DNA of 64,000 nucleotides, taken from positions 67,704,001 to 67,768,000 of the forward strand of contig OX597818.1 of assembly GCA_951406725.2 (NCBI GenBank), written 5' to 3'. Below, piece after piece: positions 1 to 14,039 of the stretch (position 1 is the stretch's first letter; every line of letters begins with the position of its first letter). Source of the DNA: Octopus vulgaris (lineage: Eukaryota). The position numbers and the translations under genes were made by a program. Under the pieces are notes generated by a model. The model worked only from the letters and a program-made list of their open reading frames with translations, was not told the DNA's origin and made no database searches.

Positions 1-397
1 GTTATATTAAATTTTAATTCTTGATGGTAATCTTATTTTTTTAATTAATTTGTTTCTTCTTAACTGAAAATAATTCTTCATTTTTAAATCTGGAGGTTTA
101 TCAAACAAGGTTGCGAGTGAGAGAGAGAAAGAGAGAGAGCGCGAGAGAGGGAGGGCGAGAGTGAAAGAAAGACAGAGAAAGAAGGAGAGAGAGAGAGAGA
201 GAAAGAGATTGAAAGAAAGTAAGATAGCAAAAGATGCTACGAAGAAAGAAAATAAAATGTGATCTGAAACATGATCTCTGTAAACTCTTCTGAAGAAATC
301 AATAAAGATTAAAAATTGGTGATGTAATTTCAAATTTATTACATTTATTACGACACAATAATTACGACTGTCATAGAGCATGATTCTTCTAACGGAT

Positions 398-456
398 CAG
401 CATCATCATCATCAACATCATCATCGTCATCGTCATCGTCGTCGTTGTTGTTGTTG

Positions 457-503
<47 letters not shown>
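398..503. repeat. Compound trinucleotide microsatellite (CAT/CGT/TGT/TAT)n
   Basis: Visible repeat; explains the poly-N/poly-D ORF 348..533. Confidence 0.95.
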
Positions 504-507
504 GATG

Positions 508-876
508 TGGAGATCTAGTAGAAATGATAGCACGCCTGGCGAAATGCTTAGAGGTATTCCGGCTGTCTCTACGTTCTAAGTTCAAATATCACCAGGATTG
601 ATTTTGTCCTTCATCCTTTCGGGCTCGTTAAATTAATTACCTGTTATGCACTGGGGTCGATGTAATCGACTAGTCCTCTCCCCTCCAAAATGTCAATTTC
701 GTCTGTCGTTACGTTCTGAGTTCAAATTCCGCCGAGGTCGGCTTTGCCTTTCATCCTTTCGGGGTCGATAAATAAAGTACCAGTTTCGCACTGGGGTGGA
801 TGTAATCGACTTAATCCGTTTGTCTGTCCTTGTTTGTCCCCTCTATGTTTAGCCCCTTGTGGGTAGTAAAGAAATA
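508..876 (+). mobile_element. Two tandem copies of tRNA-derived SINE family A
   Basis: Shared core GTTCAAATTCCGCCGAGGTCGACTTTGCCTTTCATCCTTTCGGGGTCGATAAA..GTACCAG..CTGGGGTCGAT recurs more than 10 times in the window; the two copies have different 3' tails. Confidence 0.85.
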
Positions 877-929
877 TATATTATTATTATTGTTGTTGTT
901 GTTGTTGTTGTTATTATCATTATCATTAT

Positions 930-1378
930 TGAGTGAGAGAGCAGTTCAGGCCATAATGTGACACTAGGATACAAATATACAAAACACAATATACACAACA
1001 GGACTTGCCTGTCCGATAAGGATACACCAGGCACATACATCACAACCATATGTGCACGACACAGTGATATGATATCGAGATAAACAGTTCATGACCCTGC
1101 TGGTGGGGCCCAGTTAGAATTTTCAGGTCGGGTAGCCATCCCGCTCAAAAGGTCCCTAAATAATGGTTGTTTAAGGATGGTGAAACAGCCATGTTTACAA
1201 AGGTGAATTATCCAAACCCTACATAATCCCTTTCAACACATGGCTATGATGCTACCCCCGTACTTCTGCTCCTGATTAGAGATGCACATACCATTAGCCA
1301 CTAAGGGACATGCTCAAATGGTTATGATCGAACGATTGACAAATAATTCTGTGGTATTGAGTAGAATATTTGCTGTAG
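930..1378 (-). mobile_element. Interspersed repeat (SINE-like or LINE UTR), family D
   Basis: 1305-1378 is the reverse complement of 30293-30366 (CTACAGCAAATATTCT..CCACAGA..TTGAGCATGTCCC); abuts a (CAA/TAA)n tract. Confidence 0.6.
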
Positions 1379-1383
1379 AACCG

Positions 1384-1745
1384 ATCTGGCAGAATCGTTA
1401 ACATGCCGGGCAGAATGTTTATAGGGGTATTTCGTCAGTTTTCTGAGTTCAAATTTCTCCTACGTTGACTGTGCCTTTCTTGCTTTGAGGTTCGACGAAA
1501 TAAGTATGGCAACGTGCTTCAAGTAGAAAGAATTGTATAAGGCAGGGACTAACAGAATCAGTACCATGCTGGAGCTGCATTTTATCCATCTTTACTTCAA
1601 ACGCCGCCATGGTGGAATTGGTTGTTGATCCTTTCAGGGTGGACAAAGTAAGCCCTATTTGAGCACTGGGTTAAATGCTCTTGACCAGATCTCTTCCCTG
1701 AAATGTCAGGCCTTGGCCTTGTACTTATAACAGAAGGAATAATTA
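1384..1745 (+). mobile_element. Degenerate SINE family A fragments
   Basis: CTGGCAGAATCGTTAACATGCCGGGC..TTCTGAGTTCAAATT and 3' tail CAGGCCTTGGCCT. Confidence 0.6.
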
Positions 1746-2357
1746 TTGCTTTCCGTATACAATATGAATTATGGTTTGCTATCATTTCTGCCTAACTTTA
1801 AAGAGAAGTGTAACACACGAGAAATATTCAAGGCATGACTCAGCATCATGTGTTACCATAGGTTGTCCGTTAAACCTGCTATAAAACGGTAATAATAATA
1901 TTAAAGTGACAATTTTAATCCTCTTCTTATGCAACCTTCGTTACATCCACGCAGGCTATATATTTATATATTTTTTAAAATAAGTATATTACAAAACTGA
2001 TAAGACAAGATAAGTATTTTGCGGTTATTTGGAAGACTTTCTATATCTCTTCCTTTTAAAAAAAAGCACTTACTTCATGTTCGCCTTCTAACGCTCTTCC
2101 ATCCAGAAAGAATTATGTCAAAATGCGTTTCGAGAGAATACTGTAAAAATGAATAAATATACAACATCGGAGATCTCGAACTGTAAATTTGATTATGAGA
2201 AACTGTAGAACAGCAACGCTCTGTGATGTTTTATTTTCTTCTGCTGATGTCTATCAACAGATGTTTGAGCCGATCAGCAACAGCATCTATTTCACTATTG
2301 AGAGTTATTTAAAAGGTCGTGGTCACACTCCTTCCTCCGCTGGTCTTATCTAGATAT

Positions 2358-2663
2358 TAATAAAATAAAAGCCAAACTCAAGTGTATGGGTGAAAATAAT
2401 GTTATTAAGCGTGTAACTACAGAGCCGTAAAAGTGGAACAGCCCTGTCTTTCTCTAAGCAGTCAAGACATACAAGAACCATCGCTAAGCAACTGGTGTAA
2501 GTGGCATGAAAACAATAGACAAGTCAATGATTAGAATCGATCTATCTCCATGGAAAGAATTATGGAAAAGTATAGAAATTTTCCGCTTTTATGGCTCTAT
2601 AGATACACGTTCAACGATATTATTATTTTCCCCGTAACCTTGTGTTCGGATTTTATTTTATTA
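2358..2663. mobile_element. MITE-like element with imperfect terminal inverted repeats of about 80 bp
   Basis: Left AATAAAATAAAAGCCAAACTCAAG..CAGAGCCGTAAAAGTGGAA matches the reverse complement of right TTCCGCTTTTATGGCTCT..CTTGTGTTCGGATTTTATTTTATT. Confidence 0.6.
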
Positions 2664-3506
2664 CAATGAAAGTATCAGAATCTCCTAGTAAGAGGGCAAG
2701 TGAAAATTAAATGGATAACTTCAGCTTTTCTCAGTCGTGATTAGAATACGAGTCGGTCACAACTCTCAATAAGCATACGAAGCTTAGTTTTGCAAAGAAA
2801 GAAGATTGTTAGATGGTATTAGTTTACTAGCAGCGAATTTGTTTATATTCTCCTCCACCGTAGCCGATATCTCCTACATTCTTCACTTGATGGTAATCAA
2901 CCATGATCAGTATTGGTTACAGAGACATTCGGATTCAAGTCAAGAAGCTTTGTTTGTTAGAAACTAATTAGAATTATGTACTTTTGTAAAATTTATTTAA
3001 AACGCTGCTTAGTACACCAAGTTGGCGTCTGTGAGGACCAATATTGGATGAACCGCATCGCTAGCATGTGGGTGAATTATCGGTTAATGCTCCATGTTTT
3101 ACTTCTGATACACACCGGAGAATATTAAGGTTAGACTTCAATCATAGCAAATTCACCAGATTGTGAAGGTCGGTAGAGATCGGAAATACCGACACTTCTC
3201 TTCTTCAGGATCTGATAAACAAAAGAAATGGTAAATCAATAGTCTCCACCTGAAGAATTCATGATGTGTTGCGTCGACAGAGGGCGAACGCGAATGGCTC
3301 AAACATGTTTGGACGTTTAAGTCGAAATAAAGAAATGAAATAAATATTTAGGATGCTTGTCCTTCTTCGGGTCGCTGTATTAACGATTAGGGATTGAAGG
3401 ATATGGAGAAGGGAATTGACGCTAGATATAGAAAGACACGAAGAAAACCTTTATGAAATGGTGGAAATAGTTGCATGAGGGGTAACAAACCGACCACTAT
3501 TTCACT

Positions 3507-3595
<89 letters not shown>

Positions 3596-3630
3596 AGAAG
3601 AAGAAGAAGAACAACAACAACAACGACAAC
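3507..3630. repeat. (TAG)n-(AAG)n-(AAC)n microsatellite
   Basis: Visible; explains poly-S and poly-L ORFs. Confidence 0.95.
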
Positions 3631-4569
3631 GAGAACCAGTACGAAACGTTTTATAACATTCCACAATTTAAACGTTTAATCATTTCGCAATCTGAAAATG
3701 TTTCTGCGAATGAAAATATATTTCTGCAGTCATTCTTATCCAGCATAAATATATATGGAGGTCAGTGAATCATAGTTCTTTCTAAGATCTAATAGAGAGG
3801 GAGAGATGAAAGGAGCAGGTAAATATCAAAGAAGTGACCTGTCCTGAAACTGCAGAGGTAAACATAGAATAAAAGGAGATCGATACAGCCGCGGCTATAG
3901 TCGTCAGGTACGACATAACAACGATTAGCAAAGTAATTACAAATATTTTACACAACAGAATCGATACAACTAAATATGCTCAAGGTTGATGGTGGTAATG
4001 TCAAATGGGGTGATATATCATGTGTACCCCACCGTTCTGTAGGCCATGGCGGCATATGAACTCACATCTGAAAGAACCGAAATGAATTTCGAAAGACATG
4101 GAGTTCGATTTTCTTTGATTTCTCCTAATACGCCGTCCTGATTTATTCCTTGTCAATTGAGCCCCTAAAATGTGGGTGGTTTGACCTCAGTGGTATTTGA
4201 TCGCAGACTGCAAAGAATCGAAGCAAATATCGTGAAACATTTTGTCAAACGCTTTAACTGCTCTACCTATTCACCGCTTAACTTTCTGGAAAATTCCACT
4301 TTAACTTTTAATTCGTGTTCAGACAGAAGAGGAAATTATATACGCTATTTGTTAATTAAAACTTAAACAACCTTGTCTGAAAATAATTTGTATAGAATAG
4401 TGGTAATTACTTTGTTAATCGTTGTTGTGTTGCACCTGATATCATACGCATCCGACCTAATGACTATAATCGCAGCTGAACACATCTACTTTTATTCTAT
4501 GCTTACCTCAACACATTCTGAACTACAATTGTTAATTGTATTTAAGAGCGAAGTGACAGCGTAAGCGAG

Positions 4570-7150
4570 CTGCATGTTTAATAGTCTCTCGTCCATTTCT
4601 GAACTTCTGCCATTTTCGGAGATGGTCGAAGTATATTAAAGCAAAATGCGACAGTAGACGGCTTTCTTCACTTTGGCATTCTAGTGCAGGGTTAAAGGAA
4701 ATGTATGATATTGATACTACTTAGGTTTGTATAGTTTTTGTAAGGAAATGTAGATGTGTTTAAGATTAATGTATGAAGAAAATGGATGCTAAGTGTTAGA
4801 ATTTGTGCTTCTCGTATATTGAGGAGATATCGCATTCAGTTACATGCGGTTTTGTCTTACGGTGATGTGTGTGAAGGTTGGTTGTCTCCCACATTAAATG
4901 GTGTTGTTGGTAAGAAGGATGATGCTTGGTTTGACATGAGGTATTTTGAAACTTTGATTTGAAGTCAGGGATCGACGTAGCAATCAGTTCGGGGTTGCAA
5001 CGTTTGAAGAAAATTGAAATAATGCAAATGTGACTGAGGTGTCATCGGCTTGTAAAACAATGTATGTTTTGTGAAGAAGTTCGAAATTAGTATAATTGTG
5101 TGTGACCTAAAACAGTCGATGAAAGGACAGATCTTCGTGGTACTAAATTCTATAGAGTTCAGGCGTGAAAAACTGGATATTTTTTACTAGCATTTTGTCG
5201 TGTCTCTTCAGTTAATAATCCGCATAACGTAGATATCGAGAGAGGTTATGAGGATAATCCTCTAAGTCATGATGATGTAATATAGCTGCGTGCTAGACAA
5301 ATACGATACCTTATGTGAATATTGCGATGGCGTGAGTCGGTGTTGCGACTCGGAGCTCGGAATATACACGATTAATAAGTAAAATCTTGAGATGCATGCA
5401 TGTATGGGAAACAGATTGTGCGGTTGCCTTTCAGTTTGAATTTTTCAAGGGTTTAAATTTGTGTCAAATTTGCAGTGATTATAAGAGCGGTTAAAATTTG
5501 GAGCGTGGCTAGAATGTTTCCTTACGTTGCTAGGCAAGAATATAGGCTGGAAATTATGTCGTGTCTTGGGATTTTGATACTTAGCGAATTTCTAAATGTT
5601 TCCCATATGGCTAATGGAAGTTCGCGGGTTCAAGATCTAACTGTTAGAAGGTATGTGCCTGATTAACAATCTAAATGTTTGTGTATGCATTTTTGCGGCT
5701 AATTTCAGAAGAGATGCTTCCTGTCAGAATGTTTCTATGTTACAGAATCCAAGGTATAGAATCCAGGATTAAAGTATTTAATAACACTACATGCCACAGT
5801 TTACATTATATAATCCATACATTCAGGAGATTAACTATAATTGCTTGTAAAATCATAATCCACATTGCAGCACAGAAATACTCTTCAGATTAACCGATTC
5901 TGACATGAATTTGATACTTTGCGTTTTAAAGTGACATGGTTGTTGTTGTTGTTGTTACAGCTGATGATAATAATTCATTTCCATGATGATTATAGCGATT
6001 ACTTTCAATGCCTTGTTGTTGTTGTTCTTGCTGCACAGCCGTGAACACCAATAATCAACGGCGTTTCAGCCGTGTTTTTAATATGATATATTTAACAGCA
6101 TATTATTGCAGCAAGCTGGCAGAGTCGTTAGCGTACCGGGCAAACTACTTACCAGCATTCTGTTTGTCTTTACATTCTAAGTTCGAATTCCAACGAAGGT
6201 GAATTTGCCTTTCATATTTTTCATCCTTTCGTCAGAGATAGAATATAATTGTTAGCATTGTGCCACTGTACATTGCCTTCTGCAAGACGTTAGGGAGGAT
6301 TTGAGGGAGATCTGAGTTTTATTTCTAACTCAATGGGTCAGCTTTGTCACATTCTGTGTTACGCATATCTGTGAAGTGGTCAGCTGCTTGCAAGTTAATT
6401 TCAGCTGCAAGTTTTTTTTTTCCCTGGATCTGATTAGTTGAGTCAGATTCCCAGATTTTTTCTTTATTGCTTTTGAAGTTGTTTCAAATTTTTAACAGTT
6501 TCACTAAATTTGAACGAGTTTACAATAATTCCGTAAAATCTATAAGCTTTAGTTATGTCTGCCGTTGATTGAAGAATTGCTAAAGTCTGTAAACCTGGAT
6601 TCTGTCTTATGGAAAAAGTAATTTCACAGGGAGAGAAAGTTTGCGAAACCAGTTTTGTTTCGATTCTTGAAGTGTGAATGTGGTTTGTTAATGAAGGCGA
6701 TGTTTTTGGTGGACAATTGGGGAGAGGGCAGGTTTCCAGGAGGATTTGACCACTATTTACGAGAGGATTGTTGTGTTTTGTATTCTTTGATAATTGATTT
6801 TATGTTGTGACGTATTTACCATTTTAGTCTACTCTTACCATTTTAGTCTACTTTATGAGACTCAGACTTGGATTCCACCGAGCTCTTATATTTAATCAGT
6901 CGTTGCAGCATTTGTTTCCGTTGTTAAATCCGTTAACTCTTGGCGAACGTTTTTAGCCGCGACAAATTACTTATTTCTTTTCCGATCTTTTACATCAAGG
7001 ATCAAAGTATCATTTGGATTCATCATTGTTTTAGCACGTAGTTTCTGTCACTTTTCAGCGCTATTTCTTTCTGGATTTATTTAAAGAACAATAATGATTG
7101 TCAGTGTAAGAAAATAGACGGAAATAACAACTTTCTTTTTGAACTAATCG
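4570..7150 (-). pseudogene. Highly decayed Penelope-like element (RT plus GIY-YIG remnants), interrupted by a SINE and microsatellites
   Basis: Minus-strand fragments in the expected order: HNNPL..IV-like RT motif near 6760, thumb GYP-like near 5255, VGET-like GIY-YIG motif near 4890; many stops and frameshifts. Confidence 0.4.
6105..6235 (+). mobile_element. SINE family A, partial
   Basis: AGCTGGCAGAGTCGTTAGCGTACCGGGC..TTTGCCTTTCAT. Confidence 0.7.
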
Positions 7151-7685
7151 AAACCAGATGGATATAGAATAAATCTTGACTCATAACAAAGTTGCTAGAT
7201 GTATGTAACAAGTTTAGTGCCATTCTACAACTGTTGTGTTATATCATCTAAGATGTATTATCAGAACAAACTACATCACAATCTATAAATATTTTTATCA
7301 TATTGAATATTCTGCCGAATCACTGAAAAGCTGCTAGATAAGGAATTTCTAGAGTCGTGAAAATAAGCATGATAATAATGCGAATGTTATTTATGCCAGA
7401 GTTCACTATTTCGCTGTGATTCAGAAATGAAATTGTTTTCTTAAATCAAAATCATTTTCTGAAAGTATTTGCTGAGTGGATTATCTTTAAGAATATCTTC
7501 CATCTAAGGAATCTCCTAATATACAACTCTGTTGTATATTATTTTTGCTATTGAGCCCATGTTAGACACTGTTTAAGGTATTACAGACTATGGAAGTTTC
7601 TCCTTCTTTTCTTAGTTATTCAGTTTGTTTGGTGCTTGTTTTTTGCAGTTCTCTGTATGTTTGCAATCGTCCTGCCATTGAAGTT

Positions 7686-7699
7686 GTTTCCATGACAAC
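7686..7699. promoter_or_regulatory. RFX X-box-like motif GTTTCCATGACAAC
   Basis: Matches the X-box imperfect palindrome; lies in non-repetitive DNA. Confidence 0.3.
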
Positions 7700-8028
7700 A
7701 CCATTTTGTAATCTGAATTTATATGTTTTTTTCCTTTTATCAATAAGTAGTGTTTCAGATAAAATTGATCGTTACTTCTAACCGATCAAGTAACTATATA
7801 GAGACTTCCTATCGTTGCCTCAATAATCAAATGTTTCCCTAAATGTCAAGTCAAACAATTTCAAGAAGAATCAGACACGAAAGCATCAGAGTAATAAGAT
7901 TTTAGCTTTGGAAAATATTTTCGAATATAACTGAGAAATTCTACGAAAGTTGATATCTTGCAAATAATGATTTATATTGCCTTTAAGTTGAGTCCTTGGA
8001 TAAATAGATTCATTAATAATTTTCATCC

Positions 8029-8078
<50 letters not shown>

Positions 8079-8682
8079 AAAAAATTTTGTATATTTCAGA
8101 AACTGTTTGAAGTTAGAAATTGATAAAACTGTGAAAATTGTGAAAACCAATATAAGGAGCTACGGATCGATTTAAAAAAAAAAGAGGTAATTGTAATTTC
8201 AACTTAAATCAAAATTCAATAAAATTCAACTTCAAAATACTACAAAAAAGCAAACATATTTTCTTAAATTGAATTTCAATTCATGTTCAAATTTCAATTG
8301 AAGATAATTTTCATCACCATCATTGCTGTCATCGTCATCATCATTATCCTCTTCGACGTCGTTGTCATCGATATCATCACCACCACCGCCACCACCAACA
8401 CCACCGCCGCCGCCGCGCCATCATCATTTCTCAAAACATCACAACCGATGTCACCATCATCACCATCGTTACCACTTTGAACGTATTATTATGGTGGTTT
8501 TTGTAGATTTTGGTTTGGGAAAACAAGTCAGTTTTATCAATTGGAATTTTGTGTGAAAGACACAGAAAAATAGAAAAACTATCTCCAATGAAATCCAATA
8601 AATTCTGTGAATGTTGTGTAAGACTTGAATTAAGGACAAAAGTAATGGAATATTATATTTTTTCTGGTTGTGCATCATTTCA

Positions 8683-8696
8683 GTTGCCATAGCAAC
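8683..8696. promoter_or_regulatory. RFX X-box-like motif GTTGCCATAGCAAC
   Basis: Near-perfect X-box inside the extended palindrome CAGTTGC-CATA-GCAACTG. Confidence 0.4.
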
Positions 8697-8902
8697 TGTT
8701 TGGTCCGATATTCTATCTTTTTAGTCGTACTAGTTTAGAATGAACACCGTAACGACTGAAAGTATGTTCGAGAAAGCTAATTAATTGAAAGGTATGTTAA
8801 TGATTATAACACACGGTAAGATAAGGTTTATAAACCTATAAATAAACCCTAGCTCGCTCAGGATGCATTCTATCCGTACCAGGTCTGCCATAATTATATA
8901 TT

Positions 8903-9128
8903 TTTTTCTACCCACAAGGGGCGAAACACAGAAGGAACAAGCAATGGCAGACAAACGGATTAAGTCGATTATATGGACCCCAGTGCGGAACTGGGACTTA
9001 TTTAATCGACCCCGAAAGGATGAAAGGCAAAGTCGACCTCGGCGGAATTTGAACTCAGAACGTAGCGACAGACGAAATACTGCTAAGCATTTCGCACGTC
9101 GTGCTAACGATTCTGCCAGCTCGCCGCC
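8903..9128 (-). mobile_element. SINE family A, full length
   Basis: Reverse complement of the family A consensus from GGCGGCGAGCTGGCAGAATCG to CCCCTTGTGGGTAG. Confidence 0.9.
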
Positions 9129-9147
9129 TGCCATATTTATAGTTAAG

Positions 9148-9415
<268 letters not shown>

Positions 9416-9416
<1 letters not shown>

Positions 9417-12107
9417 TTTGAGAAGAGAAACAAGTTTTACAAGCAAAATAAGCTGTTCACTTCCAATGCCAAACAATTCTACAGAGAAATAGGGAAGGAG
9501 AAAGTAACCGTTAAAGATCCCCCTCCCATGGAAGAAGTTCAAAACTTTTGGAAAAGGATTTGGAGTGACAAGAAGACGTACAACATAAATGCAGACTGGA
9601 TTATACAAACAGAAGGATCCTACCAAAATTTACAACAACAAGCATGGGAAGACATCACAATAGCAGACCTAAGAAAAGCACTCACAAAAGCCCATAATTA
9701 GAAATCCCCCGGTAAAGATAGGGTGCCGAATTTATGGCTCGCATTGCTCCCATGCGCACACGGTAAGTTAGTTCAGCTGCTCAATGGAATTATGAGAGAC
9801 CCAAAGAAAACACATGAATGGTTAGCAAGTGGTATTACTTACCTACTCCCAAAGAATAACGAAACCAACCTTCCAAAAAACTATCGGCCTATAACCTGTC
9901 TATCCACCACGTATAAAATCCTAACATCAATCCTGGCGGAGAAAACATATGCATTCATGGAGAAGAACGATATTTTCCTCATTGAACAAAAAGGGTGCCG
10001 CCGAGGCTCATACGGATGCAAAGATCAACTGCTAATTAATCGTATGATCCTTGAGAACTGTCACAACAAGCGCAGAAATCTCAGCTCCGCATGGATTGAC
10101 TATAAAAAGGCCTTCGACAGTATACCGCATCCATGGATCTTAAGATCGCTTGACATCTTCAAAATTTCCCCTGTGATTTCAAGCTTCCTGAAGCACAATA
10201 TGTCGTTGTGGAATACGAATCTCTAATTATACCACTCTAATGGAGTACTTGCCTCAGAAAATATAAACATCAACTGCGGAATTTTTCAAGGTGACTTTAA
10301 TATTCTGCATAGCCCTAATACCCCTTACAAGTGAATTAAACAGAACAGGGTAAGGGTATAAAATTGCCAGTAAAAAGATAAGCCATCTATTTTATATGGA
10401 TGACTTAAAACACTATGGTAAAGACGATAATGAACTTGAAGGCCTATTGCGCACTGTGAAAGCATTCAGCGATGACATCGGGATGGAGTTTGGGCTTGAG
10501 AAGTGTGCCAACGCCACTTTCCAGAAAGGGAAAGTAAGACCACAAATTCAGTCGTGTTAGATGTTGACGCAGTTATAAGAGAGCGTGAGCAAGAACAAAC
10601 ATACAAATATTTAGGGATAAATGAAGGCTCTGGTATTCAGCATGCAAGCATGAAAGAGAAGATCAGGAAGGAATGTTATAGGAGAGTTTGTGCAGACCTG
10701 AAATCTGATCTAGATGCACGTAACAAGGTGTTAGCTATAAATTCCTTAGCAGTTCCAGTTGTTACTTATAGCTACAATGTGTTGAACTGGAATATGAGTT
10801 AAGTAAAGAATATAGAGAGGTAAATACGCAAGCTGCTCAGTTGTAATAGGATGCACCACCCAAAGGCAGACATAGATCGCCTTTACTTTCCCAGAGCCCA
10901 AGGAGGTCGAAGCCTGATCCAATTTGAACTAGCTTACAAACAACCACAATTGGACTGGCCAAATATCTCGAAATAACGAATGACTGGATGCTAAAGCTCG
11001 TGGAAAATTACGAGAGACGAAAGAAGCTTCATTCTATCATAAGGGAAAGCAAACAATTTGCTATTGATCTCGTGCAGGATACCCAAACTGAACAACCCGA
11101 GGGAAGTACGGCAACTATTGTTGCAAAGAAGGTGAAAATAATGGCAACGAAAAAAGCGCAGGAGCAATTGGCTGATAGGTGGGAGGAGAAACCTCTGCAC
11201 GGCAAGTATGTGGCCCGCAGCAAACAAGCTGATGTTGACCAGAAGCAAGCCATCAGTGGCTACGTAGCTCAGGGCTAAAAGCAGAGAGCGAAGGTTTCAT
11301 CTTGACTGCTCAAGATAAAAGCCTATTAACCCGGAACTACCAGGCCAATGTGATGAAAAATGGAGCAGACCCAAAATGCCGATTCTGCAACGACATGATT
11401 GAAACAGTGGACCACCTAATCTCTGGATGTAAAGTCTTAGCACCAGTGGAGTATAAATTAAGACATGACAGAGTTGACCAATATCTACAATGGCTAATAA
11501 GTCGGCATTACAATATCAAAACTGCCGACAAGTGGTATAATCACCACCCTGAAGCTGTAACTGAAGGAGAAAATGTAACGATTCTGTGGGACTTTCCAGT
11601 ACATACAGACCGAACCATCAAAGCCAATAAACCAGATATTGTTGTGAAAGACCAAAACAATAAAGTTTGCTTATTGATCGACATGAGCATCCCCTGTGAT
11701 CATAAAATCTCGGCGAAAGAGTTTGACAAGCTCAGAAAATATAAAGACCTGCTCATTGAAATTGAGAAAATGTGGCATCTCAAGGCGGTTACAATACCAG
11801 TGATTGTAGGAGCACTAGGAATGATCAAGAAGGGAAGCGAAAATTATATGAGAATTATCCCTGGCTTAACATCCCTGCAAGAAGTGCAAAAGATTGTCTT
11901 AACTGGTACATCACACGTATTGAGAAGAGCATTGTCGATGTGAGAACTATTACTACACATGTATTTTAATTTAAATAAAAAAAAAACTAACGAACAAGTG
12001 AGTTTAATTTAATGGCCTACCAACGTATACTATGAATTTCTTTGCCCTAGGAGTCGGGAAGACACCCGACAAGAAATGGAATCAAATTTGAAAGAAGAAA
12101 AAAAAAG
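9416..12107 (+). mobile_element. R4/Dong-clade non-LTR retrotransposon, 5'-truncated and disrupted (RT, CCHC knuckle, restriction-like endonuclease)
   Basis: ORF pieces with YRPITCL, QKGC, AWIDYKKAFDSIPH, GIFQGD, YMDDLK, CRFC..ETVDHLISGC, KPDIVV..IDMS, ending LRRALSM*; 3'UTR then A-rich tail; (TAA)n on both sides. Confidence 0.93.
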
Positions 12108-12181
<74 letters not shown>

Positions 12182-12211
12182 CATAATAATAATAATAATA
12201 ATAGTAATAAT
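12108..12211. repeat. (TAA)n target tract between two Dong elements
   Basis: Visible. Confidence 0.95.
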
Positions 12212-12812
12212 AAGGAAGCTGACAAATACAAACAAGAAATCATACCACCTAACAAATATGAAGAAGGACGAAGAAGAAGATGAAGAAACAATAAAAGCTA
12301 TAAAACAAATGAAATCCAAACTAAAAATAGAACAGCAACGAACCATGATAAAACGATGGCAAGAAAAGCCCCTTCATGGTAAATACTGGACCAAACTAAA
12401 CGCTAAAGAAATAGACAAGGAAAAATCACAGCAATGGTTGAGAAGCTCAGGACTCAAAGCAGAGACAGTGGGATTTTTAATTGCACCCCTTGACCAAAGC
12501 CTCCCCACCAGAAATTACCAAAAACATGTAATGAAAAGAAATATAACAAGTAACTGCAGAGTATGTGGAGATGGACAAGAAACAATAAATCATATTATCT
12601 CTGGCTGCCCAGACACGACAGAGTTGGAACCTACATACACTGGAAGCTATGCCAACATTATGGAATAACAACAGAAAAAAGATGGTATAGGCACACACCA
12701 GAAAAAGTCACAGAAAACGAGAAAGCAACCATACCCTGGGATATGCCAATACACACAGATAGAGAAATTAAGGCCAACAGACCAGATATAGTTGTCAGGT
12801 CACGAAGAAAAA
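12212..12812 (+). mobile_element. Fragment of a second, diverged R4/Dong subfamily (CCHC plus RLE region)
   Basis: WQEKPLHGKY, WLRSSGLKAET, CRVC..ETINHIISGC, WDMPIHTDREIKANRPDIVV; truncated at both ends. Confidence 0.88.
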
Positions 12813-13523
12813 AAATAATAGCAATAATAATATTTTTGTTGCTACTGCTACGATTTCGTATCTTACTTATCCTGCCCCTCTCTTCTCTTCTTTGAGGTGT
12901 GTCAACAAGTTTGAGTTAATGTAAGATATAATAGGAAGCTTGAAAGAAAGACTAGAGAGGTAAACATCGATCAGCTTTCCTCAAAGGCCACCTAAAATAT
13001 TCTGGTGGGCAGTTCCCACACTATTAGCATCAGAATTCTACAAGCACTTATTGAAATTACATTACTTAGGGGATTTCACAGTGAAAGAGCTTTATTTAAC
13101 TGTCGTTGGATTATCCTGAAAAATAGATTTCCTTTTTTAGCCAAATATAGTGTAAATGGTCTCTTTCATTAATTCTCTGTTCAGCTAGTCAAAATTAAGA
13201 TGCACATGCGAAATTGAGCTTACCCTGTGGTCAGCTTGGAGGCAGCGTCACTTGTATAATGTTCGCAGGAGATTAAATCAATATACCGGATTCGTACGTG
13301 TAAACCGTCAATAAGACCAGCATTTGAAATACGCGCTCGGTTACTTTTGAATAAACACGTGATATATATATATATATATAGCATATGGCCGACTCCCTAG
13401 CAGTAAGCCCTGCCAATATACACATATATTAGAATTTTCTCTGACTCCTCAGATTTTTGTATGCTGGACTACTGGTTTTAAATTGATATTAAAATTAATA
13501 TTAATTTATCTCCCTCATTATTT

Positions 13524-13618
<95 letters not shown>

Positions 13619-13621
<3 letters not shown>

Positions 13622-14025
13622 CGTAGGAGTAGCTGTGTGGTAAGTAGCTTGCTTATCAACCACATGGTTCCAGGTTCAGTCCCACTGCGTGGCATCTTGG
13701 GCAAGTGTCTTCTGCTATATCCTCGGGCCGACCAAAGCCTTGTGAGTGGATTTGGTAGACGGAAACTGAAAGAAGCCCGTCGTATATATGTGTATATATA
13801 TGTATGTGCGTGTATGTTTGTGTGTCTGTGTTTGTCCCCCTAGCATTGCTTAACAACCGATGCTGGTATGTTTACGTCCCCGTCACTTAGCGGTTCGGCA
13901 AAAGAGACCGATAGAATAAGTACTGGGCTTACAAAAAATAAGTCTCGGGATCGAGTTGCTCGATTAAAGGCGGTGCTCCAGCATGGCCGCAGTCAAATGA
14001 TTGAAACAAGTAAAAGAGTAAAAGA
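13619..14025 (+). mobile_element. tRNA-derived SINE family B (CORE-like), full length
   Basis: A-box-like TAGCTGTGTGG, B-box-like GGTTCAGTCCC, CTTGGGCAAGTG core, internal (TG)n, tail TGAAACAAGTAAAAGA; about 10 copies in the window. Confidence 0.9.
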
Positions 14026-14039
14026 ATATATATATATAA

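Noticed and set aside
8283-8556. Pro/His/Thr-rich ORFs
   Set aside because: Degenerate (CAT/CAC/CGC)n trinucleotide tract with no splice or homology support
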